Source: Candidatus Syntropharchaeum caldarium
GTDB lineage: Archaea; Halobacteriota; Syntropharchaeia; Syntropharchaeales; Syntropharchaeaceae
Length of the DNA: 32,000 nt
NCBI GenBank assembly: GCA_001766815.1
Contig: LYOS01000001.1
Span: 1 to 32,000, forward strand
Direction: 5' to 3'
A model generated the notes under the pieces. It was not told the origin of the DNA. It searched no databases and worked only from the letters and a program-made list of their open reading frames with translations. Position numbers and translations under genes: made by a program. Each line of letters opens with the position of its first letter. Position 1 is the first letter of the stretch. Shown here in pieces: positions 25,376 to 32,000 of the stretch.

Positions 25376-27285
25376 ACAAGTCTCACCGTTTCAAGGTTCT
25401 GTGGCGCGATAGCTTCCAGCTTAAGCTTCTTTCGCAGGGCATTTGCAAGTTCGAGACATTTTCGTTCCTCACCGTGATTCAGTATGACCTTTGATGGCTG
25501 TGGTCGCATCCGCCTCACATAGTTCAGGAGCTGGTTTCTATCGGAGTGACCTGAGAAACCATCAATGGTTATGACCTCAAGGTTGATCTTGATCGTCGCT
25601 GTTCGTCCTCCGCTTGAAAAAGGTATCTCTTTCCAGCCTTTCTGTATCCTCCGCCCAAGCGTACCTTCCGCCTGATAGCCAACAAAGATGAGTGTGTTGC
25701 GTGGATCATCAGCAAGGTTCTTCAGATATTCCATCACAGGACCACCGTTGAGCATCCCGGATGTTGCCAGAATCACACAACTCTCATCGCTCTCTATAAT
25801 TTCCTGTCGTTTGGAAGATGAGTCCACCTGTACAAATATATCGGAGAGGAACGGGTTCATACCTTTGTGGAAGATCAGATTTCTGAGGCTCTGGTTGAGA
25901 TATTCAGGATATGCAGTATGGATTGCAGTTGCTTCGAGGATCATTCCATCGAGGTATACAGGTATCTTCTCGAGCATCCCTTTTCTAACCGTATCTTCAA
26001 GAACAATCATTACCTCCTGACTCCTCCCGACCGCAAATGCAGGAATTATAACCTTGCCACCACGTTCAATTGTTCGCTTGATCGTTGACTGGAGTTTGGA
26101 TTCCGCTTCATTTCTCGATGGCTGGAAGTCATGTCTACCTCCGTACGTCGCCTCCATTACGAGTGTTTCGATACGCGGAAAATTGTTCACGGTTGGATCA
26201 AAAAGCAGAGTGCGTTCATATTTGATATCCCCAGTAAAAGCCACGTTATACATCCCCTGCCCGATGTGGAAGTGTGCCACTGCGGAACCAAGTATGTGGC
26301 CCGCGTTATGAAGTGTCAGCTTAACATCGGGTGCGATATCAGTCACCTCGCCATAGTTCAGAATTATCGTGTGTTTGAGGGCTTCTCTGATAATGGCAGA
26401 GCTATAAGGAATCTTTGAACCTTCCTTTGATGCAATATCGATGTAATCAAGCTGCAAAAGAACCATGAGATCACGTGTCGGGGCAGTGGTGTAGATCGGA
26501 CCGTCATAGCCATACTTGAACAGCAGCGGAACGAGTCCTGCGTGATCGAGATGTGCATGGGTCAGGACGACTGCATCGATACTATCGATAGGCGAAACCT
26601 CTGGTATATAAAGATAAGGAGAGATGTTGTTATCAGATCCGATATTAACACCACAATCGATCAATATCTTTGTTTCAGCAGTTGAAAGCAGGAATGAACT
26701 ACGTCCAACTTCTCTGCACCCACCAAGTGCAGTGATTCTGATCCAGTTATCCTTTGCGCTTGGCTCACGGTGTATTTTCTGACCAATACGCCGCAGAAAT
26801 TCCTTTCTGCTATCCTTCTCAGACCTGAGATAATCCCGAATATTCTTTATAGTTGCAGAATGTAGTGGCGGCGCCCTCACGACCTTAGGTGTCCATCCGA
26901 TGTTTCTTGAGATCTCCCGCAGTGTTTCACCATACTTTCCAATGACAAGACCTGGCTTGTCCGCCTCGATCAAAACCTCGCCTGTGTCAGGATCGAAGTA
27001 AGCATCATTGATCCCACCCTCTTCAGGAACGATCTCGTTGATCGCCTCCAGCGCCTTTTCTGGATCGATGAGTACCTTTGGATCTGGTCTCACAACGATT
27101 CGCTTCCTGAGATCCTTTGCAAGGCTACGAATTATATCGCCGTTATCCGCAAACTTCTTCGGGTCCTCGGTGTATATAACAAGTTCCGGCCCTTCAAACT
27201 CGACAAAGGAGACATTAACTTCCTGCGGGATAATTGCCTCAACTCGCCTTTTAAGATCTTTAAGTAAGTCCCCTGCCACGTTCAA
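25372..27285 (-). CDS. fttA: KH-domain beta-CASP ribonuclease aCPSF1 (transcription termination factor FttA)
   Basis: The 637-aa protein has N-terminal KH-type regions, the metallo-beta-lactamase motif THAHLDHAG and beta-CASP and C-terminal motifs (GFSGHSD). Its size is typical of aCPSF1. The start is TTG at 27285 or GTG at 27279. Confidence 0.9.
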   Translation of the reverse strand: MNVAGDLLKDLKRRVEAIIPQEVNVSFVEFEGPELVIYTEDPKKFADNGDIIRSLAKDLRKRIVVRPDPKVLIDPEKALEAINEIVPEEGGINDAYFDPDTGEVLIEADKPGLVIGKYGETLREISRNIGWTPKVVRAPPLHSATIKNIRDYLRSEKDSRKEFLRRIGQKIHREPSAKDNWIRITALGGCREVGRSSFLLSTAETKILIDCGVNIGSDNNISPYLYIPEVSPIDSIDAVVLTHAHLDHAGLVPLLFKYGYDGPIYTTAPTRDLMVLLQLDYIDIASKEGSKIPYSSAIIREALKHTIILNYGEVTDIAPDVKLTLHNAGHILGSAVAHFHIGQGMYNVAFTGDIKYERTLLFDPTVNNFPRIETLVMEATYGGRHDFQPSRNEAESKLQSTIKRTIERGGKVIIPAFAVGRSQEVMIVLEDTVRKGMLEKIPVYLDGMILEATAIHTAYPEYLNQSLRNLIFHKGMNPFLSDIFVQVDSSSKRQEIIESDESCVILATSGMLNGGPVMEYLKNLADDPRNTLIFVGYQAEGTLGRRIQKGWKEIPFSSGGRTATIKINLEVITIDGFSGHSDRNQLLNYVRRMRPQPSKVILNHGEERKCLELANALRKKLKLEAIAPQNLETVRLV

Positions 27286-27326
27286 GCAACCCCATTAACA
27301 AGACGTAAGAATTAAGAAGGAAATAA

Positions 27327-27959
27327 TCAGGGAAGAGTATTTCTGATCGTTTCGATCTTACTCGGCTCAACTATGCTGTAATTATTCTTCTGGATCGCAA
27401 CGACATCTATCCCTTCACCAGACGCTGAATCGCGTTTCATTGCTGTATGGAGAGCACGCACAGCAAGTTCAATACCCTCATCAATCTCCATCTCTTTCCT
27501 GTAGCGATCCTCAAGGATGCCATATGCGATCGGCGATCCTGATCCGGTGGCGACTGCTTCTTTTTCCAGGGAAAGACCACCCATTGCATCGAGTGAGTAA
27601 ATATGTGGCCCATCATAATCTATACCGCCCACGAGAAGCTGGACGTAGTAAGGGAAGAATCGATTGCCATTCAGAATATTTGACATCAGTGTTACGATAC
27701 TCTTTATCGTCATCGGCTCAGATCTTCGCATCTTGTACAGGCTTGTTTCAACCTTGATGAACCGCACAAGAGCCTGTGCATCACCCACAAGTCCTGCTGT
27801 TGTCATCGCGGCAAAATCGTCGATCTGATAAATCTTATCTGCGGTTTTACTCGCGATGAAATTTCCCATCGTTGCACGCTTCTCACTCCCAAGTACGACC
27901 CCGTCCTTACAGACCACTCCAACAGTAGTAGTACCCTTCTTTACATCTATATCATCCAT
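27327..27959 (-). CDS. psmB: proteasome subunit beta (with propeptide)
   Basis: The 210-aa protein has a propeptide followed by G|TTTVG, the catalytic N-terminal Thr context. The Ntn-hydrolase proteasome pattern is present throughout. Confidence 0.9.
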   Translation of the reverse strand: MDDIDVKKGTTTVGVVCKDGVVLGSEKRATMGNFIASKTADKIYQIDDFAAMTTAGLVGDAQALVRFIKVETSLYKMRRSEPMTIKSIVTLMSNILNGNRFFPYYVQLLVGGIDYDGPHIYSLDAMGGLSLEKEAVATGSGSPIAYGILEDRYRKEMEIDEGIELAVRALHTAMKRDSASGEGIDVVAIQKNNYSIVEPSKIETIRNTLP

Positions 27960-28096
27960 TAAGACACCTCACATGATAAGGAAAATCAGCTTACCAATCT
28001 ATTTTAAGACAATTATCTCAGGATCTTATATAAAGGTTTCTAAACAGGTAATCTCCTGTGATTAAGCTTATATAGCAACCCTGTGAGATTATCTAA

Positions 28097-29989
28097 TTGG
28101 GTGCGAGGATGAAACCTGAAGAAGATGAAGTTTTCTACTCAAAGCTTCTGAATGATATGATCACATTTGTCGGTGTGCTTGAGCCGGATGGAACACTGAT
28201 CTTTGCCAACAACACGCCGCTTGAGCTCGCCGGGATAACGCTTGAGGACGTGAAGGGTAAGAAGTTTTATGATGCTTACTGGTGGGCATACTCCAGAGAG
28301 GCACAGGAGCAGATCAAGGAAGATATAGAAAGATGTGCACGTGGTGAGCGGATCGTCCATGAGATTCAGGTGCAGGCAGCCGATGGCTCCCTGGTGTGGA
28401 TCGAGTTCAGTATGCATCCAGTCTATGACGAAGAGGGAAATATCAAGTATCTCATTCCAGAGGGACGGGATATCAGTGAGAAGAAACAGGCACTGGAAGA
28501 TGCTCAGCAGAAGGTCGCATACCTCGATAACATGCCGACGTACATGGCGGTGACAGACCCCGAGGGCAGACTTCAGTTCACGAGTGCTGTCACGATCGAG
28601 AAGTTCGGGTTCAAGCTTGAGGATGTTCTCGGGATGAGGTTTGACCAGATGCCATGGTGGGAGTACTCAGAGGAAATCCAGCAAAAGATGAAAGAAGTCT
28701 ATGAGAGAGCAGCAAAAGGGGAAGAGTTTGAGTTTGAGGTCGACGTCAAGATGGGTGAAGATCTTTACCCGATCAAGTACACCTGTGAACCGCTGAGGGA
28801 TGAAAATGGCAATATCTATGCACTCCTTCATACTGGGACCAGAATAGATGAGCTTCGAGCGGCACTGGATGATGCTCAGCAGAAGGTCGCATACCTTGAC
28901 AATATGCCGACGTATATGGCGGTGACAGACCCAGAGGGCAGACTTCAGTTCACGAGTGCTGTCACGATCGAGAAGTTCGGGATCAAGCTTGAGGATGTTC
29001 TCGGGATAAGGTTTGACCAGATGCCATGGTGGGAGTACTCAGAAGACGTCCAGCGAAGGATGAAAGAAGTCTATGAGAGGGCAGCAAAAGGAGAAGAGTT
29101 TGAGTTTGAGGTCGACGTCAAGATGGGTGAGGATCTTTACCCAATCAAGTACACCTGTGGGCCGCTGAGGAATGAAAAAGGAGAGATATATGCTATTCTT
29201 CACACAGGGACACGTATTGATGAGCTTCGAGCGGCACTGGATGATGCCAGAAAGAGGGCTGAGTATCTCAACAATGTTCCAACCCCAATCATGGTCATAG
29301 ACACAGATTTTAATGTACAGTTCACAAACCGGGCATGGAGTAATATGTTTGGAATAACATCAGAGGATGCAAAGGAGAATAAATGCTACGATATGGTCCA
29401 AAACCCAGACTGTAAGACAGAGAGGTGTTGCGTAAAAAAAGCGATGGTTGAGGACCGTACCGTTGTGTGTGAGACAACCTTACATGACGGGAAGGATATG
29501 GTCGTGCAGTACACGGGTGCACCAATCAAGGATACTGAAGGTAAAATCATCGGTGGTATCGAGTATATTGCTGATATTACGGATTTGAAGCGAGCGATCG
29601 AAGAGCGGGAAAGACTGAGCGATGAGATCATGCGTGCCTCAACCCCTGTTATCGAGGTCTGGGATAAAGTGCTCATGGTTCCTCTGATCGGCAGAATCGG
29701 TAGCGAACGTGCAGATCAGGTACTGGAACTTCTGCTTGATGAAATTGTGAAACATGAGGCAGAGGTTGTGATACTCGATGTGAGTGGCATCCCCACGATC
29801 GATGCGGATGTGGCACAGCATCTTATTAAAGCTGCAAGTGCAGCAAAGCTTCTTGGCAGCAGGGTTATATTCACGGGCATGAGAGCTGATGTGACAGAGA
29901 CGATCGTGAGTCTCGGCATCGATCTCACCGAAGTTGACACCCGAAGAACACTCCGTGATGGATTGATGGAAGCGATACCGAGGGTGTAA
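28097..29989 (+). CDS. multi-PAS sensor with C-terminal STAS domain (RsbR-like architecture)
   Basis: Four PAS-like modules are followed by a STAS domain (TPVIEVWDKVLMVPLIGRIGSERADQVLELLLDEI...VVILDVSGIPTIDADVAQHLIKAASAAKLLGSRVIFTGM). The track start is TTG at 28097. The ATG at 28109 (MKPEEDE) is an alternative. Confidence 0.75.
   Translation: MGARMKPEEDEVFYSKLLNDMITFVGVLEPDGTLIFANNTPLELAGITLEDVKGKKFYDAYWWAYSREAQEQIKEDIERCARGERIVHEIQVQAADGSLVWIEFSMHPVYDEEGNIKYLIPEGRDISEKKQALEDAQQKVAYLDNMPTYMAVTDPEGRLQFTSAVTIEKFGFKLEDVLGMRFDQMPWWEYSEEIQQKMKEVYERAAKGEEFEFEVDVKMGEDLYPIKYTCEPLRDENGNIYALLHTGTRIDELRAALDDAQQKVAYLDNMPTYMAVTDPEGRLQFTSAVTIEKFGIKLEDVLGIRFDQMPWWEYSEDVQRRMKEVYERAAKGEEFEFEVDVKMGEDLYPIKYTCGPLRNEKGEIYAILHTGTRIDELRAALDDARKRAEYLNNVPTPIMVIDTDFNVQFTNRAWSNMFGITSEDAKENKCYDMVQNPDCKTERCCVKKAMVEDRTVVCETTLHDGKDMVVQYTGAPIKDTEGKIIGGIEYIADITDLKRAIEERERLSDEIMRASTPVIEVWDKVLMVPLIGRIGSERADQVLELLLDEIVKHEAEVVILDVSGIPTIDADVAQHLIKAASAAKLLGSRVIFTGMRADVTETIVSLGIDLTEVDTRRTLRDGLMEAIPRV
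28490..29233 (+). repeat. in-frame tandem duplication, 2 x 372 bp (one PAS module each)
   Basis: The anchor gcactgg recurs at 28490, 28862 and 29234, giving a period of exactly 372 bp (124 codons). By hand alignment the two encoded units are identical at 112 of 124 residues. DNA identity looks like roughly nine positions in ten, with long perfect runs. Confidence 0.9.
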
Positions 29990-29992
29990 ATC

Positions 29993-31510
29993 GTGGAAAG
30001 GGGCGAGAAGGTTCACTGGGCTGATGTTATCGCAGAAGAGCTGATAGCGACAGGGCGCAAGCAGGTTGTTGCAACAGGGATCTCACCTTCTGGTCCAATT
30101 CATATCGGAAACTTAAGAGAAGTGATAACAGCAGACGCGATCTACCGGGCGCTTCGTGACAGGGGTGCAGAGGATGCACGACTCATCTATGTGGCAGATA
30201 CATTCGATCCGCTGAGACGGGTTTATCCTTTTTTACCTGATTCTTACGCTGAGTATGTTGGATCTCCGATCTCGACAATTCCTGACCCTGAAGGCTGCTG
30301 TAAAAACTATGCAGAGCATTTTCTGCAACCATTTCTTGAATCCCTCGATGAACTTGAGATCGAGATTGAGGTTTACCGTGCAGATCTGATGTATGCAAAG
30401 GGCGATTATGATGAGGCAATTTTGAAAGCACTCAGAATGCGTGACAGGATTGCTTCAATCATCGATGAAGTCACAGGAAAGGTCACCTCTCACGACTGGA
30501 GTCCTTTCAACCCGATATGCAAGAGGTGTGGCAGACTCACAACGACAACGGTTACAGATTTTGATCCGCAGCAGATGCGTGCTGGGTATATATGTCAGTG
30601 TGGAGAGGAAGGCGAGGTTCCGATCAGAGGTGGAGGAAAACTCACATGGCGGGTTGACTGGCCTGCAAGATGGGAAATTCTTGGCGTGACAGCAGAACCG
30701 TTCGGGAAGGATCATGCATCTGCTGGAAGTTCTTACGATTCTGGAATACGCCTATCAAAGGAGATCTATAATTATGAACCGCCATACCCGATTCCGTTTG
30801 AACATGTACTCCTGAAAGGCAAAGGCTCGATGTCCTCATCGAAAGGAGTTGCAATAACGGTTTCTGAGATGCTCTCGTGTATCCCGCCTGAGATACTGAA
30901 GTATATTATGATAAGGGTCAAGCCAGAGAAACACATTGAGCTTGATCCTGCTCTCCCGCTTCTTAACTTAATCGATGAGTATGAACGGCTGGATCCTGCA
31001 TCTGATCGGTCGAAAGAGCTTTCAGCAACTGAAAAAAGCCTGAGGATCGATATCCCGTTCAGACACATCATCAATATCGTACAGATAGCGGGATTTGACG
31101 CTGAGAAGGCGCTTGAGGTGATAAAACGGGGTGGATACAAACTTGATGATCTTGAGATCATCGATCGATACAGCGCGTACGCAAGATCCTGGCTTGAGCG
31201 GTTTGCGCCCCAGTCGTTGAGGTTTGAGTTGCAGGAAGATGTGCCACCCGAAGCTTCAGAGATCCCACAGAACGTGCGCGAGGGACTCAACGAACTTGCG
31301 GACTTTCTCACGCAGGCAGATCTTGATGCTGAGATGGTACATCAGGAGATCTATGCGATCGCCACGCGGCTCGGGATAAAGCCAAAGGAGCTCTTTGCAG
31401 GGATTTATCTTGCACTTCTTGGGAGGAGGTCAGGGCCAAGGGCCGGATGGTTTCTGGTCTCGCTCGATCGAGAGTTTGTCATAGAAAGATTCAGGGCGAT
31501 CACCACCTGA
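29993..31510 (+). CDS. lysK: class I lysyl-tRNA synthetase
   Basis: The 505-aa protein has the class I HIGH-type motif (SGPIHIGNLRE) and a KMSKS-type loop (GSMSSSKG). This is the archaeal class I LysRS organisation. It starts with GTG. Confidence 0.9.
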   Translation: MERGEKVHWADVIAEELIATGRKQVVATGISPSGPIHIGNLREVITADAIYRALRDRGAEDARLIYVADTFDPLRRVYPFLPDSYAEYVGSPISTIPDPEGCCKNYAEHFLQPFLESLDELEIEIEVYRADLMYAKGDYDEAILKALRMRDRIASIIDEVTGKVTSHDWSPFNPICKRCGRLTTTTVTDFDPQQMRAGYICQCGEEGEVPIRGGGKLTWRVDWPARWEILGVTAEPFGKDHASAGSSYDSGIRLSKEIYNYEPPYPIPFEHVLLKGKGSMSSSKGVAITVSEMLSCIPPEILKYIMIRVKPEKHIELDPALPLLNLIDEYERLDPASDRSKELSATEKSLRIDIPFRHIINIVQIAGFDAEKALEVIKRGGYKLDDLEIIDRYSAYARSWLERFAPQSLRFELQEDVPPEASEIPQNVREGLNELADFLTQADLDAEMVHQEIYAIATRLGIKPKELFAGIYLALLGRRSGPRAGWFLVSLDREFVIERFRAITT

Positions 31511-32000
31511 AAAGCTCTGATATCGCAGCTTTTACCAGATTGAAGAGTTTAAGATTTTTCTTTGAGGCAGGCCATTCCATGTGAACTTTCTCATTGATCA
31601 CATAATCAAGCATCATGTCGAGTTCAGGTTTAAGTGCGTTCAACTCCTTCTGTCTCTCCTTCTGATCATCTAACTCCATTATTTCATCGATTCGACGGGT
31701 AAGCTCAATTGCAAGCTTTATCCGCTCCTCAGTTGATCTGAATATCTCCTGATCGATCACACCATACTCGGCCTTCAGTCTGTTGAGGTGCATGCCAGCC
31801 CGGTATGTACAGTCAACGATCTCATCGCGGCTCATCCATTCGGTCTCATAGTTGAGGGCATATTTCCAGCTTGGTGAGAGCATTGCTTTCCTGTACTCTT
31901 CAAGCGTCCTGAAACGAATCCTGTATCCGTACTCACTGGCATTCTCATAAGCGATAGAGCCTGGATCAAGGAAGGGTGAGTAGGAGAGGATGAAAGGAAC
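31500..32000 (-). CDS. C-terminal part of a probable B12-binding-domain radical SAM protein (runs off the window)
   Basis: The frame is open from the window edge (VPFILSYSPFLDPGSIAYENASEYGYRIRFRTLEEYRKAMLSPSWKYALNYETEWMSRDEIV...). This resembles the C-terminal region of a B12/radical SAM family as I recall it. The Cys motif would lie outside the window, so the call is tentative. Confidence 0.4.
   Translation of the reverse strand, partial: VPFILSYSPFLDPGSIAYENASEYGYRIRFRTLEEYRKAMLSPSWKYALNYETEWMSRDEIVDCTYRAGMHLNRLKAEYGVIDQEIFRSTEERIKLAIELTRRIDEIMELDDQKERQKELNALKPELDMMLDYVINEKVHMEWPASKKNLKLFNLVKAAISELFRW

Noticed and set aside
1-32000. A search by eye for CRISPR arrays, rRNA, transposases/IS ends, integrases, inteins (aIF5B) and in-frame UAG/UGA recoding (Pyl/Sec) in the Hdr and other genes.
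   Set aside because: None was seen. There are no regularly spaced short repeats. aIF5B has normal intein-free length. All confident genes read through without internal stops.

Overview
This window reads as chromosomal DNA from a methane-metabolising euryarchaeon. The archaeal hallmark genes are aIF5B, class I LysRS, proteasome beta, aCPSF1/FttA and a Nop-domain protein. The methanogen/methanotroph markers are an HdrA-type flavoprotein, small CbiX/CfbA-type chelatase and an MCR component-A2-like ABC ATPase. A futalosine-pathway menaquinone cluster (mqnE-mqnA-mqnC-deaminase) is also present. That combination suggests a Methanosarcinales / ANME-2d (Methanoperedens-like) lineage, but this is inference only.

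Layout:
- 185-258: tRNA-Val(GAC).
- ~260-3380: a small, apparently decayed accessory islet. It holds a disrupted DUF362/ferredoxin gene, a HEPN fragment, vapBC and hicBA. A 51-nt repeat precedes each TA operon.
- 3384-4142: a membrane-tethered wHTH protein.
- 4117-9544 (minus strand): trpE and trpG, split by a 1086-aa Type IIG restriction-modification gene.
- 9682-16642 (plus strand): a gap-free run of argF, a thioredoxin-like/DGC Cys-rich protein, a PF04008-like protein, a tandem-fused HdrA and aIF5B.
- 16646-18739 (minus strand): cbiX/cfbA and an atwA-like gene.
- 18805-23060: the mqn cluster.
- 23041-24723: a secreted LTD + double-HKD (PLD) protein.
- 24698-27959 (minus strand): psmB, aCPSF1 and a truncated Nop-domain gene.
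- 28097-29989: a four-PAS + STAS sensor containing an exact 372-bp tandem duplication.
- 29993-31510: class I LysRS.
- 31500-32000: the 3' part of a probable radical SAM gene.

I found no CRISPR array, rRNA, transposase or integrase. All family assignments come from motif recognition by eye. No database search was run.
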